Below are positions 1 to 10,202 of a stretch of DNA of 64,000 nt, piece after piece; position 1 is the first letter of the stretch, and every line of letters begins with the position of its first letter. The stretch lies in assembly GCA_964428495.1 (NCBI GenBank), contig CAYRXY010000003.1:9588-73587 (forward strand). Reading direction: 5' to 3'. The stretch comes from an uncultured archaeon (GTDB lineage: Archaea; Aenigmatarchaeota; Aenigmatarchaeia; GW2011-AR5; JAHLMP01). The notes beneath the pieces are model-generated. The model worked only from the letters and a program-made list of their open reading frames with translations, searched no databases and had not been told where the DNA came from. Made by a program: the position numbers and the translations under genes.

Positions 1-1
1 A

Positions 2-127
2 ACGGATATACCAGACCCTATGAATATAAATATAAGAGAAAGATTATTAAAAGAACTGGAAGGAAAAGAAAAATATTACCTGTTTGTCACACCTCTTCAT
101 AGACCAAGATTTAGAAGAAGGTTTTAA
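2..127 (+). CDS. 3' end of a truncated hypothetical CDS
   Basis: Frame is open from the window edge ([41 protein letters not shown]), and its stop overlaps the convergent ABC ATPase stop. Confidence 0.4.
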   Translation, partial: TDIPDPMNINIRERLLKELEGKEKYYLFVTPLHRPRFRRRF

Positions 128-849
128 CCTGACCTAAGAAAAGATTTTCTGTGGTTCCTTTTTCCTCTTATCTCTTTAACAATCTTACCGTCCCCCAACT
201 TTATAATTCTATCCGCCCGCTTTGCTAAGTCAAGGTCATGAGTTACTATAACAAGAGTTGTGCCTTTCTTCTTATTAATCTTTTCTAACAGTTCAATGAT
301 CATTTTTCCTGTTTTTGAATCAAGATTTCCGGTAGGTTCATCTGCCAAAATAATCTTCGGGTCGTTTGCCAAAGCCCTTGCAATGGCAACACGTTGCCTC
401 TCACCACCAGAAAGTTCGAGTGGTCTATGATGCAAACGCTTTTCGAGTCCAACAAGTTTTAACAATTGCTTTGCCTTTTTGATTCTTTCGTTTCGCGGAA
501 CCCCCTGAAATATCATAGGTAAAGTAACATTTTCTAAGGTCGTTAAAGTTGTAATCAGATTAAAGGTTTGAAAAATGAATCCTATTGTTTTGCCTCTCAA
601 CTTTGCTAATTCTTTTTCATTCATTTTAGTAACATCTTTACCAATTAGCTTTACCTTACCGCTCGTTGGCAAATCTAAACAACCTGTTATACTTAGGCAC
701 GTACTCTTTCCAGAACCAGATTTACCAACAATAGCAAGAAATTCGCCCTTATAGATTTTCAAATCAATGTCACGAAGCGCAGGCACATCTACTTTTCCCA
801 ACTTATACACTTTCGTTACATTTCTCAATTCTATGATAGGTTTACTCAT
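124..849 (-). CDS. ABC transporter ATP-binding protein (LolD/MacB type)
   Basis: Walker A GKSGSGKS, signature LSGGERQR, Walker [13 protein letters not shown]-loop VTHD. Confidence 0.95.
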   Translation of the reverse strand: MSKPIIELRNVTKVYKLGKVDVPALRDIDLKIYKGEFLAIVGKSGSGKSTCLSITGCLDLPTSGKVKLIGKDVTKMNEKELAKLRGKTIGFIFQTFNLITTLTTLENVTLPMIFQGVPRNERIKKAKQLLKLVGLEKRLHHRPLELSGGERQRVAIARALANDPKIILADEPTGNLDSKTGKMIIELLEKINKKKGTTLVIVTHDLDLAKRADRIIKLGDGKIVKEIRGKRNHRKSFLRSG

Positions 850-2059
850 ACCTCAACGCCTCAGCAGGTTGTAACTTTGCGGCACGTCTGGCTGGAGCAA
901 AACCAGCAATAGTACCAACAAAAAATGAAAATAAAAGTGCGCCAACAATTAACACCGGATTCACATATGCTTTAAGCATTGGCAGATTTACGCTAGCAGC
1001 ATAAATTTCAACAATTTTTGCTAATCCAACTCCTATTATACATCCAATAGCACCGCCACTCAAACCAATTAATCCTGCTTCAATAAGAAAGATGAGCATA
1101 ATATCTCTGTTGCTTGCACCAATGGCCTTCATAATTCCGATTTCTCTTGTTCTTTCCAGGGCTGCAGTGTACTGTGTATTCATTATTCCGACCCCACCGA
1201 CGAGAAGAGATATGGCTGCAATTCCAATTAACATTATTTGAAACATTCCTAAAACCGTTTGAATTCTTTCTAAAAGCTGACGAGATGTTTCGACACTAAA
1301 ACTCTCTTCACCTTCTTTCTCTCCCTTCACTTTTCTTAACTTTTCTTTTATCTCTTCTGCTACCTTATCCACATCTGCACCTTTTTTGACCTCAACTAGA
1401 ATCATCGAAACCTCATCCTCGGCATCAAAGAGCTCTCTTGCCCGATCTATGCTTATAACAGCACTTGTATCATCCATTCGATTTCCTATTTTATCCAGAA
1501 TGCCAACGACTTTAAATTTTTTATATTCGATTTCTATTTCATCTCCCGGTCTTATATTCTTGTCAAAAAAATCATGAGCAAGATCATAACCAATTACCGC
1601 TTCTGCCTTTGTTTCAGATGTAAGATCTCGGCCTTTTATTATTTCAAATTGTTGCATCGTTTCTATAATTTCTTTTGTTTCGTCTATCGGAATCCCTGTT
1701 ACAAATATGTACTTTGTCTCGCCGTTAAATGTAAGTTTAGCACTATTGGATAAAATTCCTGCTGCCATATCTACACCCCGAATTTTCTTTATTTTATCTA
1801 CATCTTCTTCTGTGAGAGGTTTTGAAGCAAAACCCGTGGAAAAGAAACCCATTTGGTTACCACTGCCAGACATTACAATAATTTTGTCTGCTCCCATCTT
1901 TTCGAATTGTTCTTCAATAGCGACATTCATACCTTGACCGAGCGATATAAGAGAAACAACAGCAGCTATGCCTATAAATATACCTATTATAGTTAGCATG
2001 GAACGTAATCTGCGATGTGTAAGATTTGTTATCACAAGTTTTATGTAGTCTGTTAACAT
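842..2059 (-). CDS. ABC transporter permease (MacB/FtsX family)
   Basis: RSMLTIIGIFIGIAAVV, one TM plus a large extracellular domain, then GIMNT...ERTREIGIMKAIGA and [17 protein letters not shown]. Confidence 0.95.
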   Translation of the reverse strand: MLTDYIKLVITNLTHRRLRSMLTIIGIFIGIAAVVSLISLGQGMNVAIEEQFEKMGADKIIVMSGSGNQMGFFSTGFASKPLTEEDVDKIKKIRGVDMAAGILSNSAKLTFNGETKYIFVTGIPIDETKEIIETMQQFEIIKGRDLTSETKAEAVIGYDLAHDFFDKNIRPGDEIEIEYKKFKVVGILDKIGNRMDDTSAVISIDRARELFDAEDEVSMILVEVKKGADVDKVAEEIKEKLRKVKGEKEGEESFSVETSRQLLERIQTVLGMFQIMLIGIAAISLLVGGVGIMNTQYTAALERTREIGIMKAIGASNRDIMLIFLIEAGLIGLSGGAIGCIIGVGLAKIVEIYAASVNLPMLKAYVNPVLIVGALLFSFFVGTIAGFAPARRAAKLQPAEALRYE

Positions 2060-2065
2060 GAGGAA

Positions 2066-2719
2066 TCACCTATTTCTTTTAATATATAATAGGTAAGAAT
2101 AGAAAATTAAATAACCAACTGTTACTATGATTAAGAGAACGGTAAAATAAAATATTTCCCCGCTTTTTGTAAAGTAGTTAATAAACAAGGTAATAATAAG
2201 AAGAAGTGATGTGAATTTGAATAATTTTTCACCTTGCTTATGTGTCTTCTTCCATACGTAATCGCTACTAAGCGTCCATGGAGTTCTAATGCCGATGAAC
2301 CAATTTCTCCTTGTGTATTTACAAAGTTCTCCGCACGCATAAAGAATTATCGAAACCACGGGAATAACAAAATAATGAGCTTGCCTAACTACGTAAAGAT
2401 TTGCATAGATAACAAAAGCTGTGACGTAAAACATAAATCCAAGTGTTAGAACACAAAACTTTTCATAAGCGCCCTGGAATTTTTTTACATTCTTTTTTAG
2501 TGGATCAATACGAGGTATTAATAAGAAAAGTAGCCACAAACCAAGTGAAAACAAAGGAAATGAAAATAACCAAATCCTACTTACGTAGCGGTCTGGTCCT
2601 TCAATATTCCAGTGGATAGTGATTCTCTCCGAGAGTAAAGGATAATAATAAATAGTTAGAATGAATGATAACGCAACAATTGCTACGCCGATTACCCTCC
2701 ATTTCATTTTCTCCTCCAC
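2066..2719 (-). CDS. SdpI/DUF1648-family membrane protein
   Basis: ITIHWN N-terminal motif, RNWFIGIRTPWTLSSDYVWKKTH motif, multiple TM helices. Confidence 0.85.
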   Translation of the reverse strand: MEEKMKWRVIGVAIVALSFILTIYYYPLLSERITIHWNIEGPDRYVSRIWLFSFPLFSLGLWLLFLLIPRIDPLKKNVKKFQGAYEKFCVLTLGFMFYVTAFVIYANLYVVRQAHYFVIPVVSIILYACGELCKYTRRNWFIGIRTPWTLSSDYVWKKTHKQGEKLFKFTSLLLIITLFINYFTKSGEIFYFTVLLIIVTVGYLIFYSYLLYIKRNR

Positions 2720-3903
2720 TTTTTGTAAGCTAAGTAACCAACAATTATTACTACGATTATAAGAATGTATATAAGAGAACTAGACTCTCGAACATTCATT
2801 TTTGCAATTTCACTTGGACTGTAAAGGCGAAGTTCAATCACTCTGCTCTCGGTGTAAACATTATTATTCTCGTCTAAATATTCTAGAGTTACAGGAATCT
2901 CGAGCTTACCATTTCCACCAACAGCCCATAACTTGATTTCGAAAGTTTCATAATCATCTGAATCAAGAGAACCAATGTAAAATTCATTGGAAGGTGAAAG
3001 GAGTTTGAAGTCATTGGTCTGGTTTACAATAACCGTCAAAAACTTCACATCAATTAAGCCCTTGTTTGCAATGTCAACAATTACTGTACCAGAATCTCCC
3101 TGCTTTAGCACATCAGAACTTTCCACGCCAAGCTCGAGCCTTGGTTCAGATCCTACAACAACAGTTACATAGTAACTTTTTTCGTAACTATTTCCCAAGT
3201 AATCAGAATAACTAATAGAAACGGGTAGTTTGTAAATTCCACAAGAGGCATCTGGTTCGACAATCAGATTGAATGTGACATCGATCGAATCACCATTCCC
3301 TAATATCTTTATCGCCTTTTCATCTGTTCCATCAACCGGAGAAAGAGGAACAGACGAGAGGTCAAGTTTCACAATAATGTTTCTAAGGTCAGAATCGGCT
3401 AGGTTTTTTAGTGTAAGTGTGAGCTTACCTACCTTCCCAGGTTCGACTTTACTCGGCGTTGTTTTAGCGTTTTCTATTGAAATGATAGAATCCGAGGTTT
3501 GAACATAAATATCAAAGGTTTTTTCAATCCAAACGTTCCCACCAATCGAATATCTTAATTTGAGTTCGTTCCATCCTTCAACTGCATCAGGAGAAACGCG
3601 AAGTTTGTAATCAAAGTTTACATTATCTACAGCATCTATTTTTCCAAAATATCTTGTAGTATTTTCGCTCTCATCCAAAGAGAATGGAAACTCAGGCACA
3701 ATCTCAAATGTCACTTGCTCTGCATCTTTCAGACCCGTGTTTTCAACATTGAAGTAAACATGTAAGTATTGACCCAGTGCTGCTGGGTATGGTTCATATT
3801 TTAGGATTTGAATTTGAAGGTTGGCCCTATCAGAATAGTTTACTGCATTTGATATTGAAATTATTATCAGAAATACCGAAAATAGTAACTTAAAACGATT
3901 CAT
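2704..3903 (-). CDS. COG1361-type S-layer-like extracellular protein associated with the ABC exporter
   Basis: Signal peptide, three Ig-like repeats (N.G...A/V), C-terminal TM plus basic tail; lies upstream of the MacB-like permease. Confidence 0.8.
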   Translation of the reverse strand: MNRFKLLFSVFLIIISISNAVNYSDRANLQIQILKYEPYPAALGQYLHVYFNVENTGLKDAEQVTFEIVPEFPFSLDESENTTRYFGKIDAVDNVNFDYKLRVSPDAVEGWNELKLRYSIGGNVWIEKTFDIYVQTSDSIISIENAKTTPSKVEPGKVGKLTLTLKNLADSDLRNIIVKLDLSSVPLSPVDGTDEKAIKILGNGDSIDVTFNLIVEPDASCGIYKLPVSISYSDYLGNSYEKSYYVTVVVGSEPRLELGVESSDVLKQGDSGTVIVDIANKGLIDVKFLTVIVNQTNDFKLLSPSNEFYIGSLDSDDYETFEIKLWAVGGNGKLEIPVTLEYLDENNNVYTESRVIELRLYSPSEIAKMNVRESSSLIYILIIVVIIVGYLAYKKWRRK

Positions 3904-3999
3904 AGATATAAATTACTTGATAAGTTATTTAAATACTTTAAATTACTCTGTAATAGTTGTTACGATTGGCTTCTTCATTACAATAATTGTATGCTCGAA

Positions 4000-4325
4000 T
4001 TAACTCATCTTACAGTTTTCAACATCTTTCAAAACCTTTCGTAACTCTTCCAATTCTTTTGGTTTCCTTTCTATGCTCGGTAAAATTGGTATAAATTTTT
4101 TCAACCGATCATCATCTTTAAATATCAAGACGAGAATACGTATTACTTTTTCGCTCACGTTATCGATATCATCAATCCTAATTCTGAAAGTTGAATGACA
4201 GTAGAAGATCGTAAACTTACCTTTTCAGGTAGGTCGAGTCCACGAACAAGCGTCCTATAATAGTAAGCTTTTCCGACTAAGTAATCGAGCTCTCCTTTTT
4301 CAAACAGTTCATATGTTATACTCAT
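4000..4325 (-). pseudogene. Frameshifted hypothetical ORF (~108 aa if repaired)
   Basis: ATG at 4325 reads [36 protein letters not shown] second frame continues [20 protein letters not shown]...ENCKMS* to 4000. One extra A in the A4 run (4222-4225) joins them. Confidence 0.5.
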
Positions 4326-4363
4326 TGTCAAAAAATTAATAGAATAACAATGTAGAAAAACTT

Positions 4364-5545
4364 ATGTCATTTAAAGAAAATATAAAAAGACTATACATCT
4401 TCAATTTTGTTGCTTCATTCTGCTTAATTTGTGCAGTCATTGTACCATTTTACACAGAATGGGGTCACTTAAATTTCACGCAAATTATGATACTTCAATC
4501 ATGGTTCATGTTTTGGACATTTGTACTTCAAATACCTACCGGAGCCCTGGCTGACAAACTAGGTAGAAAGAAAGTTTTAGTCCTTGGTCTATTATCCGGT
4601 ATTTTGGCAAATATAATTTATGTTACAATTCCAAACTTCTTGGTCTTTATGATAGCTGAATTTTTCTTTGGATTGTCTGCTTCTTTGTTTACCGGATCGG
4701 AAGATGCGCTTCTTTATGATACGTTAAAGGCTACTGGAATGATTCACAGATCTAAATCCATTCTCGGCAGATTCGCAAGTTTTGGTCTTCTTAGTTTAGC
4801 TTTAGGATCTTTAACAAGTGGTATATTAGTCAAGTTCATTGGATTGAGATTATTAATGCTATTTTCAGCTGTGCCTTACGTCCTCTCACTCTTTATATTA
4901 ATTACTATAAAAGAGCCTCCAATCTACAGGAGAGAGATTATAAAAATTAAATCTATCATAAAAAATACTACGAAACTTCTTAGAGGGATTTACCCGCTAA
5001 AAATTATAGCAGTAGATTTCATAATCATATCAATAGTCTCATACTTCCTTTGGTGGTTATATCAGCCCCTACTTCAAAACATAAACATTGACTTGAAGTA
5101 CTTTGGAATAGCATTGTTTAGCATTTCGATTATTGAAATTATCCTGATGTTAAATTATGAAAGACTTGAAAAGATATTGGGCTCAAAAAAATCCCTAACG
5201 GTAATGACGTCTGCATTAACAGGATTGTTTGCAATCCTCTCAATAGGTTCTGCCTTTGTTGGACTAAGACTATTTGCGTTCGTATTCATAACTTTAGCTG
5301 CAGGTATAGGTCTGGGCCGGAGACCGTTGATGATAAATTACTTAAATAAGTATATTCCACCGGAGATAAGAGCAACAGCTCTCTCGACTTTTGGAATGAT
5401 TAGAACTTTAAGTCTGATGATACTAAATCCGGTCATAGGTTGGTTAGCAGATTGGTCTATAGAATTAACTATTCTTGCTATAGGTATCATTGCAGTAATA
5501 TTCTCAATTCTATCAAGAATTGAAGAAAAACACCTTTTAGATTGA
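4364..5545 (+). CDS. MFS transporter
   Basis: QIPTGALADKLGRKKVL MFS motif A, about 12 TM helices. Confidence 0.9.
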   Translation: MSFKENIKRLYIFNFVASFCLICAVIVPFYTEWGHLNFTQIMILQSWFMFWTFVLQIPTGALADKLGRKKVLVLGLLSGILANIIYVTIPNFLVFMIAEFFFGLSASLFTGSEDALLYDTLKATGMIHRSKSILGRFASFGLLSLALGSLTSGILVKFIGLRLLMLFSAVPYVLSLFILITIKEPPIYRREIIKIKSIIKNTTKLLRGIYPLKIIAVDFIIISIVSYFLWWLYQPLLQNINIDLKYFGIALFSISIIEIILMLNYERLEKILGSKKSLTVMTSALTGLFAILSIGSAFVGLRLFAFVFITLAAGIGLGRRPLMINYLNKYIPPEIRATALSTFGMIRTLSLMILNPVIGWLADWSIELTILAIGIIAVIFSILSRIEEKHLLD

Positions 5546-7138
5546 TTCAGCTTTTTTAAATAAAATCTTCGGTTTCTTTACCTTGTGATTCTCATCAAGA
5601 AGAATATTTCCAACATTTTTCCACTTTAGCTCTTTGTCACTTAAATTAAGTAATCTCCATATTTCTTTTACCGAGAATGGAATAAACGGATAGAGAAGAA
5701 TTGATATGTTTGCTATAGCGTTTGCACAGATAAATAGGCAATCTTTATCTCCTGTCTTCCAAGGTTCTTTTTCTTGAAAATAAGCATTACAAAATTTAGA
5801 AAAGTTCATAATCTCCTTTAATGCTTGATTAAATTTAAGTTCTATCATTAATTTGTAAACTCTTTCTTTTAGTTTTTGGATATTTTCAATTACAAGACTA
5901 TCTACTTCATTTGGTTTTGGTATTTTACCATCAAAATTCTTCCATATGAAACTCAGAACCCTAAACACAAAATTACCAAAATTTGCAATCAGCTCGTTAT
6001 TTATTCTATCTTCAAATTCCTCCCAATCAAAATTTATATCCTTTTGAGAGTATGGAGTCAAGCCGGAGAGATAATATCTCAGATAATCTGCAGGGTACTT
6101 CTCTAAAAATTCTTTTATGCTAATATACCAATTTCTACTTTTTGATAATTTTTTACCTTCTAAGAGAAAGTACCCTCTTGTTGGTATATAGTCTGGTAGT
6201 TTAAACGTTCCTTCAGCTATTCTCATTGCTGGTAAAAATATGTAGTGATGATAAACTATGTCTTTTCCTATAAAATGATATATCTTCGATGAATTCCAAA
6301 ACTCAACCGGATCGATTCCTTTTTTCTTCAAATATTCCATTATAAAAGAGATATAACCGAGATGATTATCGAACCATCCATAAAGTACCTTTCCTTTTGC
6401 TTCTTTCAATGGAACTGGAACTCCCCACTCTATATCTCGAGTTATATCCCAATCTTTCAGACCTTCTTTAATCCATGACAACACGTAGTTTTTTACATCA
6501 TCCTGTAGATTTTCATTTTCTTCAAGCCACTTTTTCAGCTCATTAGTAAATTCAGATAACTTAAAAAAGTAGTGAGCACTTTTTCTAATTACTGGTTTTG
6601 CCCCACAGATAGCACAATATGGATCAATCAGTTCTAATTGTGAATAAGTTCGACCACAAACCTCACAACTATCTCCATATTGGTCTTTAGCTCCACAATA
6701 CGGACAGGTCCCTTTAACATATCTGTCCGGTAGGAATTTCTTATCATTCTCACAGTAATACTGTTCTATTTCTTTCTTGTATATCAAATTTTTCTCCCAT
6801 AAAACTTTGAAGAAATGTTGAACAAGTTCCCTATGACTCTTAGAATGTGTATGACCAAAAACATCAAAGTCTATTCCAACGCCTCTCAAGTCCTTTTCAT
6901 CTCTCTCCCACCAAATCTTAACAAACTCTTCTGGGGTCATTCCTCTTTTTTCGGCATTCAAAACAACAGGAACTCCATAGTCATCTGTACCACATACATA
7001 TATGACTTCATTATCAAGAATTCTTTGAAATTTTACAAATATATCCGCAGGTAAGTAAGTTGATGCAATATGACCTAGATGAAGCTCACCATTACTATAA
7101 GGTAAAGCTGCAGTAACTATTATTCTTTCCTTCTCCAT
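5537..7138 (-). CDS. metG: Methionine--tRNA ligase
   Basis: ALPYSNGELHLGH (HIGH), two Zn knuckles, KLSKS (KMSKS). Confidence 0.97.
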   Translation of the reverse strand: MEKERIIVTAALPYSNGELHLGHIASTYLPADIFVKFQRILDNEVIYVCGTDDYGVPVVLNAEKRGMTPEEFVKIWWERDEKDLRGVGIDFDVFGHTHSKSHRELVQHFFKVLWEKNLIYKKEIEQYYCENDKKFLPDRYVKGTCPYCGAKDQYGDSCEVCGRTYSQLELIDPYCAICGAKPVIRKSAHYFFKLSEFTNELKKWLEENENLQDDVKNYVLSWIKEGLKDWDITRDIEWGVPVPLKEAKGKVLYGWFDNHLGYISFIMEYLKKKGIDPVEFWNSSKIYHFIGKDIVYHHYIFLPAMRIAEGTFKLPDYIPTRGYFLLEGKKLSKSRNWYISIKEFLEKYPADYLRYYLSGLTPYSQKDINFDWEEFEDRINNELIANFGNFVFRVLSFIWKNFDGKIPKPNEVDSLVIENIQKLKERVYKLMIELKFNQALKEIMNFSKFCNAYFQEKEPWKTGDKDCLFICANAIANISILLYPFIPFSVKEIWRLLNLSDKELKWKNVGNILLDENHKVKKPKILFKKAESI

Positions 7139-7173
7139 AAGTTTCTATTCGGTGAGAAATTTAAAAACGATTT

Positions 7174-8118
7174 CTACTCTATGAATTTTTTCAACCCATT
7201 CCCATTGATTGTACTATCTCTAAGTGTAAATTCACCACTTCTAAATCTTTTCATTACCGATTCAATTTTTGCATCTTCTAATTTAAACTTCTTAAGATCT
7301 TTCACGGGGCATGAAATCAAGTATGTTTTATAGTGAATAGAATAAGGAATTCGTACGATTCCATTAATTCGATTTATTGCATAATCTATTTTAACACTAC
7401 TCGGTACTTTTACCTGTTTACTAATTTCTTTTATAAATTCTCGTGCTCGCTCAAATTCAATCGGTTTAGAAGGTTTGATCCAAATATGAAATCCGCGAGA
7501 ACCTGAAAATTTTGTAGCAAAGTTTATTTTTTCATCCTTCAAAATCTTTTCTATTTCTATTGTGACCTTCTTAGTTTTTTCTAGCTCACCATCAATGTCA
7601 AAAACAATCCAGCTTGCTCTATTACTACCAATTTCATTTAGATATGCACCAAAATCGAGACCGTGCATATTTATCCAGAAGAAAAGTTCTTTTTTGTCTC
7701 TTATTTGAATTAATTTGCCTTTGAATTTCCTTCGAAAAATTACCTGCGCTGTAAATATCTGACGGACAGCAACGTATCGATTAGACAAAAATTTCAGTAT
7801 CTCATTAGAGACAACTTTGTAATATTTCTTTGCTTTCCAAACAAGTAAGTATGTAGGATTTAACTTTTCTTCATCAATCTCATTGTACCTCTTCTCCCAT
7901 TCTTTCCTTCCCTTTTCAGTAGCACGATATGTATCATTTTTCCATTCAACAAATCCTTCTTTTACTATCCTATCAAGTATATTCCTAAGCTCCTCTTCAG
8001 TAACTTTTCCGTAATCTCTCTGCAATTTTTCAAGAATATGTTTGAACGTAACAAACTTCGTTTCCCTCTTCATTGAAAGCATGAGAAGAATGTGATCCTC
8101 GATTGTTGGCTCACGCAT
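7174..8118 (-). CDS. Winged-helix + archaeo-eukaryotic primase/polymerase (LigD-Pol-like) domain protein
   Basis: AEP motifs VFDID, KFSGSRGFHIW, IDYAIN...RIPYS; N-terminal ~80 aa looks like a wHTH (wing: GFVEWKNDTYRATEKG). Confidence 0.7.
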   Translation of the reverse strand: MREPTIEDHILLMLSMKRETKFVTFKHILEKLQRDYGKVTEEELRNILDRIVKEGFVEWKNDTYRATEKGRKEWEKRYNEIDEEKLNPTYLLVWKAKKYYKVVSNEILKFLSNRYVAVRQIFTAQVIFRRKFKGKLIQIRDKKELFFWINMHGLDFGAYLNEIGSNRASWIVFDIDGELEKTKKVTIEIEKILKDEKINFATKFSGSRGFHIWIKPSKPIEFERAREFIKEISKQVKVPSSVKIDYAINRINGIVRIPYSIHYKTYLISCPVKDLKKFKLEDAKIESVMKRFRSGEFTLRDSTINGNGLKKFIE

Positions 8119-8755
8119 AGTCCTCGCCTATTACCTGGCGAATCTTTTTTGCAAGCTCTTTACCTATTCCCCTTACCTTTCTCAGCTCCTTTTCAGATGC
8201 TGTAAACACAAACTCAGGACATTTGAAGTACTCCAGCAGTGCTTTTGCTTTAACAGTATCAACACCAGGAAGACCAGCAATTAAATATTCCTGCAACTCC
8301 TTTATTGTTTTAGGCTTTTTCTCTATTCTCAGGCGTATGCTTCTTTTTTCCTTGAACTGCTCTCGCTTTGCTAAGAGAATTATGTATTCAGCAGTTTCCC
8401 TTGGTGTTTTAGTCCATATCAAAGGCATGGAAAAGTCAACAGCAACTGCTGCTAACGCACCTCTGATTGCGTTTGGATTCACATTTTCATTAGAATAAAG
8501 ACCATTTCCCTCCACTACCAAGATAGGTGCCTCAAAGTTATCTTTTAGATTTTTCAACTGCTCAAATAGTCTCCCATCGATTATTGATGTTACGAAGTCT
8601 TTGGTAGTTTTTCTCTCAACAGCTACACGATCTGATAAAATATAATCTCCTACTTCAAGCATTTTCTTTTCTAGCTCACACTTCTCTTTTAGAAAATTTA
8701 CAACTAACGATTTCTCTTCTCGAGAATCGAAAACAATCTTAGGTCTCTGCTCCAT
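8111..8755 (-). CDS. xpf: XPF/ERCC4-family structure-specific endonuclease
   Basis: DSREE, VGDY...VERKT..DF..SIIDGRLFEQ, tandem HhH (LPGVD, VRGIG). Confidence 0.92.
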   Translation of the reverse strand: MEQRPKIVFDSREEKSLVVNFLKEKCELEKKMLEVGDYILSDRVAVERKTTKDFVTSIIDGRLFEQLKNLKDNFEAPILVVEGNGLYSNENVNPNAIRGALAAVAVDFSMPLIWTKTPRETAEYIILLAKREQFKEKRSIRLRIEKKPKTIKELQEYLIAGLPGVDTVKAKALLEYFKCPEFVFTASEKELRKVRGIGKELAKKIRQVIGEDYA

Positions 8756-8789
8756 ATAGAATAGTTAAGATTATTACACTTTAAATTCA

Positions 8790-8936
8790 TGCGGGGGGCC
8801 GGACTCGAACCGGCGAACCCACTAAGGGAGTAGGTTCCTCCCTTAATTTCAACTCGTCTTGAGCTTCGTCGTCATGAGCCCAAACGGCTTCCGAGCTCAA
8901 TGACTCTACCGCCTTTGACCGCTTGGCTACCCCCGC
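8790..8936 (-). tRNA. tRNA-Leu(CAA) with two introns (8865-8905 at 30/31; 8836-8857 at 37/38)
   Basis: Acceptor GCGGGGG/CCCCCGC-A, long variable arm, T-arm GCCGG-TTCGAGT-CCGGC. Removing two relaxed-BHB introns gives the anticodon arm GTAGG-CT-CAA-GA-CCTAC. Confidence 0.85.
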
Positions 8937-8993
8937 TCACTAATGGATATTATGGTTCATCTTTTTATCCTTTATTCGGAAGAGTTATTATAT

Positions 8994-10202
8994 ATGTATA
9001 AATTTGCTCATATAGCTGATTGTCATTTAGGGGCATTTAGAGACCAAACGCTTCGAAAACTTAATCTTGATGCATTCAAGTTAGCCATGGATAAATGTAT
9101 AGAAGAAAATGTGGACTTTATAATAATAGCTGGAGATTTGTTTGATATACATTTACCTGATACAAAGGTTCTTGACGAAGCTGCAAGAAAGATGAGAGAA
9201 GTGAAACAAAAAGGAATAAACATTTATGTTCTTTATGGATCCCACGATTATTCTCCAACCCAGACATCCATGATAGACGTCTTAGCAAGCGCGGGACTTT
9301 TTGAGAAAATTGGGACCAAATTTATAACAGATGAAAAGACTAGAGCAAAAATAGTTGGAATTAAGGCAAGAACGATGGGTCTCGAGAGAAAGGAATATGA
9401 GACATTAGACCTAAAAAAATTTGAGAATGAGAAGGGGTTTAAAATTTTTGTGTTTCATTCTGCTGTAACAGAAATTCATCCACAGTTTACACAAATATCA
9501 GTACCACTTGCAAACTTTCCAAAAGGATTTGATTATTATGCGGGTGGTCACATCCATGAGAAAGCAGTAGAAAAGTTTGATTCTTATGGATTGTTTGCAC
9601 TTCCTGGAACACTCTTTGGAGCAAGTTACAAGGACCTGGAGTATGTTGCAATGGGAAATGATCCGGGATTTTTCATAATAGAATTTAATGAATCGGGAAT
9701 AAAATCTCATAGATTTATTTCCACAAAGATTTGTGATGTAGAATATGTTGAATATGATGCTACTGGAAAAACATCATCCCAGGCAGAAGAAGAAATAAAA
9801 GATCTTATAAATGGTATCGATCCTTCAGAAAAAATCATTTTGTTTAAAGTAAAAGGTGAATTAAGTGCTGGTAATCCAAGTGACATTCCGTTTTCTGGGA
9901 TAAAGTCCATGATACTGGAGAAAGGAGCAAAAGTTGTTTATCTAAATCGAAATAAATTGAAGACAAAGGAAAAGGAAGAAGTAAAAGTGGAAGGAGAGAC
10001 CAAAGAAGAAGTCGAGAAGAAGCTGTTTGAAAATGTACTGAATGAATTAAAATTAAATCATGAGGAGCTCATAGGAGAAAAGGGAGTTGAACTGGCCATT
10101 AGATTACTAAATATATTAAAGGAGGAAAAAAGGGGAGAAACAAAATCGGATTATGAGAGAAAAATTTTGACACGTGCATTACATGAAATGGGATTATTAT
10201 GA
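8994..10202 (+). CDS. mre11: DNA double-strand break repair nuclease Mre11
   Basis: Phosphoesterase motifs ADCHLG, AGDLFD, GSHD, GGHIH; overlaps rad50; start moved to MYKFAH. Confidence 0.92.
   Translation: MYKFAHIADCHLGAFRDQTLRKLNLDAFKLAMDKCIEENVDFIIIAGDLFDIHLPDTKVLDEAARKMREVKQKGINIYVLYGSHDYSPTQTSMIDVLASAGLFEKIGTKFITDEKTRAKIVGIKARTMGLERKEYETLDLKKFENEKGFKIFVFHSAVTEIHPQFTQISVPLANFPKGFDYYAGGHIHEKAVEKFDSYGLFALPGTLFGASYKDLEYVAMGNDPGFFIIEFNESGIKSHRFISTKICDVEYVEYDATGKTSSQAEEEIKDLINGIDPSEKIILFKVKGELSAGNPSDIPFSGIKSMILEKGAKVVYLNRNKLKTKEKEEVKVEGETKEEVEKKLFENVLNELKLNHEELIGEKGVELAIRLLNILKEEKRGETKSDYERKILTRALHEMGLL

Noticed and set aside
8836..8860. Apparent GAA (Phe) or TAA anticodon in a Leu-type tRNA body, suggesting recoding
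   Set aside because: Both triplets lie inside intron 2; the two-intron model gives a normal Leu(CAA) anticodon arm.
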